The translations under genes and the position numbers were made by a program. Under the pieces are notes generated by a model. That model searched no databases. It had not been told where the DNA came from and saw nothing but the letters and a program-made list of their open reading frames with translations. From Octopus vulgaris (lineage: Eukaryota), in NCBI GenBank assembly GCA_951406725.2, contig OX597818.1, positions 80,786,001 to 80,850,000 on the forward strand: a stretch of DNA of 64,000 nucleotides, in the 5' to 3' direction. Of the stretch, positions 1 through 13,509 are shown one piece after another. Within the stretch, counting starts at the first letter, position 1. Each line of letters begins with the position of its first letter.

Positions 1-68
<68 letters not shown>

Positions 69-92
69 TGTGTGTGTGTATATATATATATA

Positions 93-548
93 CTAGCAGC
101 ATAGCCCGGCGTTGCCCGGGTATGTAAGAGCCTCTAGTAGGCAACGACTAATCCCAATCTAGTCCTTTCCCTCTAGGGAACGAAGGCGCATGTGTAGATT
201 GCAATGTCTTCTCTTCACTCGAATACTTCTGTGTATACGATGTTCCTAGCTGTCCCTTTTGGCGAAAACATGAAAACATCATTGCACCTCCCAATGCGTG
301 AACAGCCCACGTACAGCCCAGAAAATGTGTTGCATATAAAAAGCTTAGATTCTTGACCCCATGTCGAATTTATCGATTTTTTCAGAACTTGGGAACTTTT
401 CAAAATTTTCGCTGTGTTAGTTTTGAATTGTGACATTGGGCTATGTTTGTGTCAAGTTTCATCAGAATCAGTTGAAAGCCGTGGTCAGGGTGAGGGTACA
501 ACCTGACAGACACACAGACAGACAAACTGCCGTTTATATATAGAGAGA
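93..548 (-). mobile_element. Non-autonomous Helitron retaining the PIF1-like helicase C-terminus
   Basis: Minus strand has 5' TC and 3' CTAG, inserted between A and T, with subterminal hairpin CCCGGGCAACGCCGGG. ORF 215-436 has LYVGCSRIG...TARNIVYTEV, matching the Helitron helicase end (LYVACSRV...TKNIVY.EV). Confidence 0.85.
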
Positions 549-572
549 TATATATAAATATATATATATGTT

Positions 573-617
<45 letters not shown>

Positions 618-825
618 ATATATATATATGAATAAAAAATGGAGTTAACGCAGGTTTAAACAAGTATTTTTACTTTCTACATATGTTTAAAAATTCCACT
701 GATACTTATTCAAAAGAATAAAAAGTATAAACAATGCAATCTTCTTTACTTGTGAGATTTTTGCTGCCCTGGTAACTATTCATTCATTTATCCGTGTTAA
801 TTGTTAACAAGGTAAAATACACTCA

Positions 826-859
<34 letters not shown>

Positions 860-1171
860 TCTCTCTCTGTCTCATTCTGACTGGATTAACCCTATGTCTC
901 TTCCACAGCAAGACACCTGTTTCTGTCCCTCTGTCACACTTTAACCTCTCATCACCTGACACAAGACTTCCTCATCCAGTACCCCACCCCACCCAAAGGT
1001 TCTTTATCTTGCAAGTTACTCACTGACCCTTCCACCACAGGTGCCATGTAAAAGACATCAATTATACACTTGTGTAGATATACACCTCACCTGCTACACT
1101 CTTCAGCAGATAACACACTTATCAGCGATAACCATAAAATGTTATGTATCTACATTATCACTTTCTATATA

Positions 1172-1551
1172 CCGTTGTTATTATGTTAAACTGTCATATG
1201 TCCAAATTTGACCAAATGCGTTTTCTTTTTCACTATTTAATTTTGCTTGCAATAGCCAGTTCTTTTGGTCAAACTATCATATCTCCAAAGCTATGAAAAT
1301 TGTCAAAGTGTAGTACAATGATTTAGCATTTTTCAAAAGTGTAGTAAGTCCCACATATGATGGTTTCGTAAAAATATTTCTGACTGAAAATATCATACAT
1401 GCATGGAGTTACGATTTTATGCACCCAACAAAGTATTATTGTTAAGCTGAAAGTGTTGCTAATGTAAAAAAGAAATGGAATGGTGAAACTTTTTTCGTTT
1501 TCTGAAAAAGCAACATTTTGGACTTATGACACTTTTGCATAATAGCAACGG
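1172..1551. mobile_element. Tc1/mariner-type MITE
   Basis: ~36-bp imperfect TIRs (CCGTTGTTATTATGTTAAACTGTCATATGTCCAAA / TTTGGACTTATGACACTTTTGCATAATAGCAACGG) flanked by TA. Confidence 0.8.
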
Positions 1552-1600
1552 TATATATACATAGACACACATATATATACATATACACACATATATACAT

Positions 1601-1860
<260 letters not shown>

Positions 1861-2497
1861 ATATATACCAGTACATGTAACACATATCACTCCACATAAT
1901 GTACACACTGGATCACTTACACACATGCACACACACACACACGTCCACATATTTTTCAGTTTTCCCATGCATACATACTCATACACTTGTCCCCAATCAT
2001 ACATGCGCACTCACAGCCACCATGCTCACATACACATGCATGCTTGAGCAAATTAGTTCAGCCAGGTCATCTTTATTATCTCCCTCTCATTCAGCCCCTT
2101 TCTTCTGACTATTTCATCATGTTGAACCATTAATCCCTCCACATTTTTTTCTCTCACTGTTTTTTTTTTCATTCTCTCTCTCTTTTTTTCCCACTCAATC
2201 CTTTCTGCCAAAGAGCGTAGGCTCAAAATGTAAAAGATTTTTCCGTTCTTCCCGAGCATTAAACTAATACACTTGCTTGTTGTTCCAACACCTGTCTTTG
2301 TCTTTTGTTTTCTGTAAATTTAAACTATATATATGTTTGTTACTCTACCTAGTTGTCTGTCCATGTGTCTGACTAAACATTAAAGATGTGAAATTATAAG
2401 GATATTTTGGATGTTGACTGATGAGGAATTAGCTATGAATTTTCTGTAATATTTTTGTAAAATTTTCCATTTGCTGTGTTTTCGTTAAATTTTTGAA

Positions 2498-2532
<35 letters not shown>

Positions 2533-3179
2533 TTTATTTACTTATCTATGTATTGATCTATCTGTCAACATATCTTTCTGTCTGTATGCCTGACTATTTA
2601 TATATTCATCAATAGATAGATAGGTAGGTAGGTAGGTAGGTAGGTAGGTATGTAGGTAGGCAGGCAGATCATTACATAGAAAGATAAATAAAAATATATA
2701 TCCTTACATGTATATATTGCATTGATCTATCTGTTTTTCCCCACCTAAATTTTTTTTATAAATACAATGAAATATGCCTTATAATTATTTTTGATATATC
2801 TAGCTAAATCTTTTTGTCTGTCTAGCTGTGTATGTGTGTATGTGTGCATGTGTATACACACACACACACAATTTGTCTTTGTCTTTTAAGATGTAAATAA
2901 ATAAGCCTCTCTATCTATCTTGATAATTATATAGTTATTTATCTATTTATTTAGCTATCTAGCTGCTTTTCATAGTGGTTACTATTGTACCTATCTCTCT
3001 CTCTAGCTATCTATTTATCTGCCTATCTATCAGTTGCTCTGTCTATGTATGTATGTATATATGTATGTATGTATCTGTCTGTCTGTCTGTCTATCCATTT
3101 ATCTATCTCTCTGTGGATAGATAGATAGATAGATAGACAGATATAGATAGATAGATAGACAGATATAGATAGATATGAA

Positions 3180-3410
3180 GGCGGCGAGCTGGCAGAACCG
3201 TTAGCACGTCGGGCGAAATGCGAAGCCGTATTTCGTCAGCCGTTACGTTCTGAGTTCAAATTCCGCCGAGGTCGACTTTGCCTTTCATCCTTTCGGGGTC
3301 GATAAATTAAGTACCAGTTACGCACTGGGGTCGATGTAATCGACTTAATACCTATGTCTGTCCTTGTTTGTCCCCTCTGTGTTTAGCCCCTTGTGGGTAA
3401 TAAAGAAATA
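3180..3410 (+). mobile_element. tRNA-derived SINE family B with Meta-like central domain, representative copy
   Basis: GGCGGCGAGCTGGCAGAA...GAGTTCAAATTCC followed by GCCTTTCATCCTTTCGGGGTCGATAAATTAAGTACCAG. Other copies at ~18447-18665, 18905-19125, 30920-31140, 46452-46570, 56490-56721 and 60410-60580. Confidence 0.85.
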
Positions 3411-3692
3411 GATATAGATAGATAGAGAGATAGATATAGATAGATGTAGATAGAGAGATAGATAGATAGAGAGAGAGATATAGATAGATAGAGAGAGAGA
3501 TATAGATAGATAGACAGATATAGATAGATAGATAGAGAGAGAGATATAGATAGATGTAGATAGATAGAGAGAGAGATATAGATAGATGTAGATAGATAGA
3601 GAGAGAGATATAGATAGATATAGAGGGATAAATACATATAGATAGACAGATAGATCGATATAGATAGATAGACAGTTATAGATAGATAGATA
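3410..3692. repeat. (GATA/GA)n microsatellite
   Basis: Directly visible; similar tracts at 57715-57815, 58130-58455 and 59300-59990. (TA)n, (CA)n, (TAT)n and (TTG)n tracts occur throughout. Confidence 0.9.
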
Positions 3693-4786
3693 TTAATTAT
3701 TATCCTAGCAAAAAGATAACCATTAAAAGTTCTATCTATCATGACTGTGAATACATACAAAGATATTTCCATCAGGGTTCCCCTGAAGTAATCAATTGAT
3801 TGATTTTTAGCTTTGCAAAAACTTCAAGGCAAAAATTAGTGCTTCCCACAGCAATAACGACTGTGATAAACAATTAAATTATGAATCCATGTTATCAATA
3901 TGAATTATGGATGTATGTATGTAAGGGAGAATACCGCAAGGCAATTATATTAGGGGATTATAATTGCATTATGCCTATTAGAAAGTTGTAAAAAATTAAT
4001 TTTAAAGAGTAAAACAAAACTTATTTGCAGTTTATCCTCATTAAACGAGATTCGAGGGACATATTTATTACAATATTGAAAAGAAGGAATGTTCTTTGTG
4101 GAATATTAAACATCCCTTCACCTTTTTTAGTTTTTTTTTTTTTAGTTTTTATTTCTGACTGGTTCCATCATGTGTGATGTTTGTTTGCTTTTGTCATACT
4201 AGACTGGATCGTTGATGTGAATAATGCAGCAGCAAAATAATAGACATGAGTGAGATTTGAATTTATGCAGAGGACAGCTCAATTTATTATTTGACCCTTT
4301 TGTTACTATATTTCTGTTAAAGATATAGTTATCGGTTTTTTGTCAATTAATTTTGAAAATAATAACTCTGTCATTATTAAGGTAGCGTTTGGAATATAAA
4401 TGAATAAGAGGGAAAGTTTTATTTTTAGATGACTTTAACCCTTTTGTTGCCATGTAAATAATGAAGAATTCGGTAAAATAACTATGTCAATATTGAGACA
4501 GTGTTTGGAATATAAATTAATGTGACAGAAAGTTCTAATTCAGATCACTTTAGCCCTTAAGTTGCCATATTTCTGTTGAATATATTCTTTTACTTGTTTC
4601 AGTCATTTGACTGTGGCCATGCACTGCCTTTAGTCGAGTAGATCAACCCCTAGGGCTTATTCTTTGTAAGCCTAGTACTTATTCTATCGGACTCTTATGC
4701 AGAACCGCTAAGTTACGGGGACGTAAATACACCAGCATTGGTTGTCAAGCGATGTTGGGAGGACAAATACAGACACACAAACATAT

Positions 4787-4820
<34 letters not shown>

Positions 4821-6062
4821 GTGTGTGTGTGTGTGCATATGTTTGCGTGTACATGTATATATATATATATATATGCATACACATATATACGACGGGCTTC
4901 TTTCAGTTTCCATCTACCAAATCCACTCACAAGGCTTTGGTCAGCCCGAGGCTATAGTAGAAGACACTTGCCCAAGGTGCCACGCAGTGGGACTGAAACC
5001 AGAACCATATGGTTCATAAACAAGCATCTTACCACACAGCCACTCCTATGCCTATATATTGTTGTTTTTCAATTACTTTTGAAAATAATGAAAAGTTTAG
5101 TGAAAGAACTTCATCATTATGATGATGCTATTTGGAACCTAACAGGAAATTTTGACAGAAATTTTTGATTAAGATTACTTTAAAAAAGGAAGTTTGTATC
5201 ACAGACCCAGGAGCAGTCTCAGGTGGATTTGTTTTAACCTTTTAGCATTTGAACTAGCTATATCTGTATTCCACCTGTTTTGTGTTCAAACAAGCCAGGT
5301 CTGGGCTCTCACACCTACCCTACTATGTCATTCTAAAAATAATCACATCATCAAAGTCTTGAAACTATGAGATTAACATGATTAATTTAAAACAAATGTG
5401 AATAAATAAGCATAGCATAGGAGTGGCTCTGTGGTAAGTAGCTTGCTTACCAACCTCATGGTTCCGGGTTCAGTCCCACTGCGTGGCACCTTGGGCAAGT
5501 GTCTTCTACTATAGCCTCGGCCCGACCAAAACCTTGTGAGTAGATTTGGTAGATGGAAACTGAAAGAAGCCTGTCATATATATGTATACATATATATATG
5601 TGTGTGTGTGTTTGTCTCCCAACATTGCTTGACAACTGATGCTGGTGTGTTTACATCCCCGTAAGTTAGCGGTTTGGCAAAAGAGACTAATAGAATAAGT
5701 ACTAGGCTTACAAAGAATAAGTCCTGGGGTCGATTTGCTCGACTAAAAAAACTGAACCAGGACTGCCACATTATGTTGGCAAATAATCTTTGCTATATAT
5801 ATATATATATACACACACACATGCACACACACAAAAGATTAGGATTAATGTGAACCAGGCACTTAAATGTAAGGCACTAGGTCAGGTCAAAGTTTTGAAT
5901 GCTTCAAAAAGTTGCGGTTCATGTATTTAGCTGATGCAAACAGTTTTTTCTAATGATGCAATGTCTCCATTAATCAATTAAAAATTTGTTGGAAACAGCT
6001 GTAGTGAATTGACATATTATCCATCTGTTGATACGTATTTATATATCTATATGTATATATAC

Positions 6063-6119
<57 letters not shown>

Positions 6120-6431
6120 TATATATTTGTTTATGTGTGTACATGTGTGTCTGTGTGTGTTGAATAATACAGTTATGGAATTATGGAGAATCACATACAG
6201 AGCTTCAAGTTTTTTTTATTAATCATATGATAATTGGTACACTTCTTCGGCTGGTACCTGCAATACTATCAATCACAAACATCAAAAATCCTACAGACAT
6301 TGGCACAGAAACTTGAAGTCTTGTATGTGAGTCTCCTCATACCTGAATCATTCAATAAATACAGTCCTCTATTTTCAAGAATATTGAGGTTGACCTCTTT
6401 TGTTATCACAAGAGGTTTGTCTCTATATATC

Positions 6432-6464
<33 letters not shown>

Positions 6465-6534
6465 AAACATATGCGATTCACAAAGTATATTTGCATATTC
6501 ACTTATTCTTTTTCCCCATCTGTTGTTGTTGCAG

Positions 6535-6643
6535 CATTCTTCCAGGGACCAACTCTTCTGGTATTTGTTGTCTGCGTTGTTGCCATTATAGTCTTTCTTG
6601 GAATCACTCTTGTCATTTGTCTGCTGACCAGATATTTCAACAA
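6535..6643 (+). CDS. Internal coding exon encoding the transmembrane helix of a single-pass membrane protein
   Basis: Pyrimidine tract plus TTGCAG acceptor (6534) and AA|GTGAGT donor (6644). Encodes FFQGPTLLVFVVCVVAIIVFLGITLVICLLTRYFN(K), a ~24-aa hydrophobic helix. Phase 1 start and phase 2 end; the phase matches the acceptor at 61366. An alternative acceptor TTCCAG at 6545 is possible. Confidence 0.85.
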
Positions 6644-6654
6644 GTGAGTTTTTA

Positions 6655-6701
<47 letters not shown>

Positions 6702-7736
6702 CATATACTTTCATATTTTATATATACATCATTTTTATATACATTCACTTACATAGATATTCAGTTTTATATACATTCACTTTTATATATGCATCCATAT
6801 TTAAGATACATTCAGTTATATATAAATTCATGTTTTATTCTTCAAATAGCTTTATATCTGGATTATTTTTTTCTTCAAAGGAAATGTATTTATACACACT
6901 CACTCAAAATACATGTACACACACATACACACGTAGACATATATACCCATATGTGCGTGTGCATATAAATATAAACACACATTGTTATTATTATTAATAG
7001 AATGCATAACCTAGTGGGTAGTGTATTGCAATCATTATTGCAAGATTGTGGTTTCAATTCCTACACTGGGTGGTACATTGTATTCTTGAACAAAACACTT
7101 CATCTCACATTGCTCTGCAATCACTTTGACACCTGACTTGTGGGACACCGTGTACCTGTTCAGGCAACATCAATTTGATGAAGGGAATTAACGAATGTAC
7201 AGCATATATGTTTGATCACTATAAACCAATCATTTGTCAAAAAGCTGAACACTCATACATCATCTTTGATGGAAGAGTCCATCATCATCACCATTATTAT
7301 TATTATGATTATGATTATTATTATTATGATTATTATTATTATTATTATTATTGGTATAGGCAGGCTTATGTTCAGTCTCACTGCATGGCACCTAGGGCAA
7401 GTGTTTTCTACTATAGCCTCATGATGACCAAAGTGGATTTGGTAGACAGACAGGTTAGTGTGTGTGTGTACGTGCACAAATATGATCTGTATGGTCATAG
7501 TTACACCTCTCCAAAAATCTACTATGAATGATGAAATTGTCCTTTCTCTGTTTAAGGATCATGTGCTGGCTTTGTGCCTATGAAGACAAGGTGGAATAAG
7601 ACATTCCTTACTTAAAAATCATTTAAGGGTTAGCAACAGGAACGGTGTCCTGCTTTGAAACAAATACCTCAATAAGATATTCGTATGACCCATACTAACA
7701 TGGATAAACAGACATAAGAACAATGCAGAGGAATAA

Positions 7737-8125
7737 ACGAGGGGTTATCAAAAAGTTCCTGAACTGGTTATGTGTAATCAAAAATAACTTATTTACCTAA
7801 GTTTTAACATCATTTCTTTCGAAATAGTCCCTCTGTGCAACAATACACCAGTCCCAGTATTCCTGCCACTTTTGGAATCCAGTCTGGAAGTCGTAAGCAA
7901 GTGGAGGAGCTTCTGTGATTTGCTCTAGATCTTGACAACTGTTAGAACGACAACTTTTGAGCTGCATTTTCATCTTGAGGAAGAGATGGAAGTTTGCAGG
8001 TGCATGTTGTTTTTGGTGCATTGTCAACATGAAGAATCCAATTCTTTGCACTCCACAGAAGCAGTCACTTATGCTGAATGTCCTCCCTCAAACACTTCAA
8101 ATCATGGTAAAGGGGATGTTAAATT
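7737..8125 (-). mobile_element. Mariner transposase remnant
   Basis: Translation APANFHLFLKMK...FQKWQEYWDWCIVAQRDYFE matches the mariner C-terminus; TIR-like ACGAGGGGTTATCAAAAAGTTCC at 7737. Confidence 0.8.
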
Positions 8126-8171
8126 ATGATGACGTGTGTGTGTGTGTGTCTATATACACACAAATACACAA

Positions 8172-8386
8172 TATTGGATGCAGCAAAAAATTTCCCAGAG
8201 TCACCACTCTTGATAAATATTATTCCAACATCAAACATGCAGTGTACAATGGTCCAAATGATGATGGTGACTAAAGAAAAACAGTAAAACAACACTTACC
8301 TGAAGACACCATTATCACCTGCCAAATTTCATTAGTGCCACACCAGTGGGCATGTAAAATATGGGAGGATTTTCTGCTTCACCCTA
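8172..8386. mobile_element. Small degenerate MITE
   Basis: Imperfect inverted termini TATTGGATGCAGCAAAAAATTTCCCA / TGGGAGGATTTTCTGCTTCACCCTATA. Confidence 0.45.
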
Positions 8387-8526
8387 TACATATATAAATA
8401 CATACATATCATTCATCTTTTGCTTGTTTCAGTTTTTAGATTGTGGCCATGCTGGAGCACTGCCTTGAATAATTTTTAGCTGAATGGATCAACTCCTGTC
8501 ATTATTTCTAAGCCTGGTACTTTATT

Positions 8527-10062
8527 CTAATGATCGTTGTTGCCAAACTGCCAGCTGCCAGTATCCCTGTCTTGTATGCTTTTTTTTGAAGGCCTGGTCT
8601 TATGTCCTTTTCCCTCTTTCGGAAAGCATATCTTTCTGCATTTTTCCTCTTTTGGGTACTCACCACTATTATATCCCTCAATTTTCTCCTTGAGTGCTGT
8701 GCTCATGACACTGAGGACTTGGTTGTGATGTCCTGTATATCTATCTAGTGCTAGCCTGCAGTTTGACAGAACATGTCTCACTGTCACTTCTACTTCGCGT
8801 CTACATTCATCAGTCATTTGTAGGTTCCACTGGACTAAATAGGCCGAAGAAGGCAAAATGTCAAAGGTAAACTTGATCAAGAAGGATGTTTTTGTTTGTT
8901 CCTTTCATGAGATTCTGCAACTGACCACATATTCCTGCCATCTCAGACACTGTCTCTGTTAACTATATTGCACCAAATGTACATTTTGCCCTTTTCCTCA
9001 CTTCGTGTACCATTGCCTTCCTTTTTCTTTTTTGCCTTCTTTCTCACTTTGTGTACCATTGCCTCTTTCATCCCTTTTACACTGCTCATGCAAAATGATT
9101 CGAAATTTTGCAACCCTAGACCAGATTTTGCTTCTTGTGTCTTTCTGACTATATCGCCATGCCTTAGCTTTCTGATTGCACTGTTTACTGCTTCTTTCAC
9201 TTTCCATTTCCTCCTGTTCGTACCTCTGGATGGTTTTCTTAGATATTCTGATCTTTTGAATACCTTAGCATCATTACTGTTCTCAACTTTCCTGCCTTAT
9301 ATTCTTCACTGATTGATGTTATCAGTAGTTGCAGCGCAGGTTTTCCATATAGTGTAGTTATATTCAGTGGTTTTTGAAGACCAAGCCATTTTCTGATAAA
9401 CACACTGCATCTTTGTTCCATCCCTTCTACTCTACTTGAGGCTATTTCACACATTTTCGATGGCTACATTATCCTTGAGTACAGTCCAAATTGCAGTATC
9501 CAGCATTTGAATTTCCCCAGAATGTTGTCCTGTCAATTGCCTTTAGTCCCTGTTCCACTAATTCATGTGTTTCTTTACCTTGCTTCTTATCATTTAATAA
9601 ATTTCTGTACCATCTGCCAAGATTTTCTGTTGGTTGTTCTTTCACCGTTAGTATTTCTTCACCTCCTATCCTGAACTTCACTTCTTTTTGGACTCCTTTC
9701 ACTAGTGCCACACTTTGAGATTTCTTGGCTTTGAATTTCATTCCTGCCCATCCTATTAGCTTCTCCAACCGTTCTAATATTCCATCTGCTGCTTTTCTAT
9801 TTTCTGACAATACAGTAATGTCGTCCATAAAAGCCCTTAATGGTGTCTAGTAACATCTCCATGATTAGCACAAATATGATGACTGATATTGTGCATCCAG
9901 CTGCAATACCTTTAAGTGTTTTAAGTGCCAGCTAGCCTCATCTAGCGACGGTATTTCCCAGTTGGCATATTATGGCTTTTGAGCCATTTTGAGTCTTCTT
10001 GTTTCAGCCATATATAGAAGATGGCTTTGTCAACTGCCTTCTGTATCTTCCTTATTACTTTA
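8527..10062 (-). mobile_element. Decayed HERO-clade (RLE-type) non-LTR retrotransposon
   Basis: Frameshifted RT motifs GIAAGCTISVIIF, FMDDIT, WAGMKFKAKKS, IRKWLGL, SISEEYKAGK, and zinc-knuckle region HVLSNC...RYTGHHNQVL. A C-terminus-like segment KAIFYIWLKQEDSKW lies at 9942-10061. Confidence 0.85.
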
Positions 10063-10289
10063 TGTGTGTACAGTTGGTATTGACTGTCAGAGGAAAGAGT
10101 ACTTAATACCATAATAGAAAATAGCTATATTTTCTTTATTTAGGTTAAGTAAGTTTGTTGCTATTCTGGAGTTTTTTTCACCTGTGCATTCACAAGGTCG
10201 TCATGCAAGTTATAACTTGCCAGATTGATAACCCTGTATATGCATTCTAAAGTAACAAGAGATTGACTTAACCAAAATAAAAAATGATA

Positions 10290-10676
10290 TATATATGTAT
10301 GTCATTATTCAGTTTTATTTCAAAATTTCTTGCCAATAGAGAAAGGGCCGGTTTCTAACCTAGATCCAAGGCTACTTCATTGGAATTTCAACATCAACAA
10401 CAGGGTATTTTTGTATGTATGTATGTATTTATGTAAATGTGCAGACTTGTATATTTTGTTTTATGTATATCTTCTCGTGCATATACTTGCATATCTAGAC
10501 ATGCTCAAATATATATATATATAAATGAGAAATTTCTGGGACGTTTTACAGATTTTTACAGTTCCAGTGATTGCTTCGACTTATAGTTTTCAAATGAGCT
10601 TTCTTCTTTCTGGTTTTGAGAAGCCTAATTTTTGAAGATTGTTATTTAGGTAGTGAGTTAAATATCCCAGTGCCCA
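10290..10676 (-). mobile_element. 3' end of R4/Dong-like RLE non-LTR element
   Basis: Minus frame ALGYLTHYLNNNLQKLGF...AITGTVKICKT with stops, followed by a 3' UTR ending at (TA)n. Confidence 0.6.
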
Positions 10677-10849
10677 TGTATGTATAGACAGATAGATAAT
10701 TGTACATGTATATGCACCTTAATACATATTTGTAAATGTCTGTCTGTCTATGTGTACTCATTTCACTCATTACAAAAGGTATGCCCATACATCTGTATAT
10801 TAGTAACCCAGATCTCATGCTGGAACTTTTCCTTAACATTTATTTAGAT

Positions 10850-11353
10850 CAAGGGTTGGCCAGCTTCTTATATCATCGATCCCCTTTGTGGAATCATTGA
10901 TAACTTATTGCCCCCGTTCCGACCCCCATCATTTAAACTTTCAAAAATAAAACATATACTTTAAAAATTTCCTCATCTATAAACAATAATTCCTTCATTC
11001 TTTTGTGTCATTATCATTTTTTAATAAGCAATATTTGAAAAAAATTTAATGAAAATACTTAATGAAATTAATGAAGAACAATAAAAATTTGGTGATATTA
11101 TATTGAAATGTTTGGAATATTTAATGTGTAACATGTTTGGTTAAATATTAGTTGTGCTTTGATATTTGATTGATATTTGGCTGGAAATTAATGAGTTTTA
11201 GCCTTAAATTACTGCACTGTCCAGGATTTATTTCACTAATAATTCAGCAAACTTAATACTCAAAATCGTTTCTGATGTTTATTAATTGCTAGGATAGTCA
11301 CCTAGACACACCTAGGGGTCAATATTGATTAACAATCACTTTGCCAACCCCTG
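10850..11353. mobile_element. Non-autonomous hAT element (Buster/Charlie-like)
   Basis: TIRs CAAGGGTTGGCCA / TTGCCAACCCCTG and perfect 8-bp TSD ATTTAGAT (10842-10849, 11354-11361) with central TA. Confidence 0.85.
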
Positions 11354-11749
11354 ATTTAGATCTGTACATACTATAGGTCTTTAAATTCCATTCTAGAAAT
11401 TCTTAATCTTGTCATAAAGGTTACTATCCCTTACTCCTTATTTTCTATCCCATTACTATCGCTTACTTCTTATTTTCTCTTTCCTCAGATAGTCACTCAT
11501 TTCTGCTGCAAGTTATATTTCTAACCAGTACTTCTGCCAATTATTGTGTGTGTGTTTCTTTTCCTGAGGATAGTCGCTTAATTCTGCCACTAGAAATATT
11601 TCTATCCAAACTCCCACTCCAATGTCTTAACGCATTTTCAGTTTGTTAAGATAATATTCTTTTAAAAATTGATTCTGTAATTATTACATTCTTTACTTAT
11701 TTTAGTTCCATATTCAACTGATAATTCTTTGTGATACTTTTATTATATA

Positions 11750-12145
11750 CTAGCAGTATAGCCCAGTGTTGCTTGGGCTTGTTTTCTTTTCGACCCTTTA
11801 GAATTGGAATTTTTGAAAAGTAAAAATTTTGCATTACGTAGCTTGTTATTCTCTTTAAGTGAACATTTTTCTGGTTGAAATACACCGAAAAATGGTGACA
11901 CAGGTGTCAAAAAATCATAAAAAATTGGGATTTTCATAGAAAAAAAGCACCTTTTTGATGTAAATAATTGTTGGTCTTAACATGGTCTGATTTGAATTTT
12001 TTCTTCTACGGAAGGAAGAGCAAGCCTTCTTCTATCATACTCTCAATTTTGGTCAACATGCGCCGCAGCATCTCAGAGGAGATAGTGTTAGTTGAAGGCT
12101 ACCAAACCTGCCATACACAGACAACTTCAGCTTTATATATAGAGA
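11750..12145 (-). mobile_element. Non-autonomous Helitron, related termini
   Basis: A|CTAGCAGTATAGCCCAGTGTTGCTTGGG ... ACAGACAACTTCAGCTTTATATATAGAGA|T; termini resemble 93-548, interior differs. Confidence 0.75.
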
Positions 12146-13509
12146 TTTTCGATTTTTTTTTTTGTATCAGTTGTGAGAAACTTGTTCTCTTTCAATGTTT
12201 CAATTTTTATTCACTTAAGTAACTAGCAAAACCTAAATTTATTTGTAACACATATATATTTGATAACAGCAAATATATATGTGTCAGCTATGCAAGTATT
12301 ATGAAAATGTTATTCATTGAAAAGTTTCTTTATTCAATCATTTTCATTCCATTTTCCAAAGATCATTCTTTTAGATATAGAAAACATCTAAAAGGAGATG
12401 ATGCTTCTTCATTCACCTTCAGTGAATGCAGTTCTGATTTGAAAGAATTGATGACATCAGATGTTATCCAACAATCAGTGGGTGTTTTCACACTGAGCTG
12501 TAATACCCTCGTAGCTCTCTCTTACTCCATGACTATGTCCTTTCTCCTTGCAATCCTGCAGGAGGCTCTGGTATTCATCACCTTTAATTGCACCTTTCTT
12601 CCTAAATGATTGTAAGCTTTACTCTTTTGCTTCAGTCATTTTACTACGGCCATGATGGAGCACTGCCTTAAAGGGTTTTACTCAAAGAAATTGACCCCAG
12701 GATTTATTATTTGTAAGCATAGTACTTATTCTGAAGGTCTCTTTTGCCAAATCACTAAGTTATGGTGACATAAACACACCAGCATTGGTTGTCAAGTGAT
12801 GGTGGGGAGACAAACACAGACACACTCACATAAATGTATCATCATCATCATTATTTAACATCCATTTTCCATGCTGGCATGTGTTGGACGGTTTGACTGA
12901 AAACTGGGGAGGTGCTCGAAGCTTTTTTCTGATTTGGCATAGTTTTTACAGTTGGATGCCCTTCCTAATGCCAACCACTACAAGAGTGTAGTGAGGGCTT
13001 TTTACGTCCCACCAGCACAGGTGCCAGTTACAAATCGCTAGTATCGGCCATAACTATGATCTCACTTGGCTTGAAAGGTCTTCTCAAGCATGGTAAATTG
13101 TCAAAGGTCCCAGCAATACACTATCACTTGACAACTGACGTTGGTTTGTTTATGTTCCCGTAATGTAGCAATTCACAAAAGGAACCTGCTAGAATAAGTA
13201 CTGAGCTTTAAAAAAATAATAAATAAGTACTGGAATCTATTAGTTCAACTTAAATTCTTCAAGGTGGTGCCCCAGCATGGCCGCAGTCTAATGACTGAAA
13301 CAAGTAAAAAGGCATTGTATTAAAAAGATAATTTTCTTTGAAAAATCTTTTTGCTTATGTGTATGTGTGTAGATATGTACACACATAAGTACACTTACAT
13401 AATTATATATACATATATGTATGTATGTACACATACATACATAAATATATATATATACATACATACACACATGCACTCACATACATACATATGTATATAT
13501 GTTTTAACT

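Noticed and set aside
630-720. Relative of the 19671 ribozyme arm (AATGGAGTTAAC...TACATATGTTT)
   Set aside because: Similarity is short and the CTGANGA half is missing.
2418-2500. CTGATGAG ... GAAA as a hammerhead
   Set aside because: Stem II pairing is poor and no stem I partner is present.
3180-3270. tRNA genes
   Set aside because: tRNA-like A/B boxes are SINE heads followed by SINE bodies; no complete cloverleaf.
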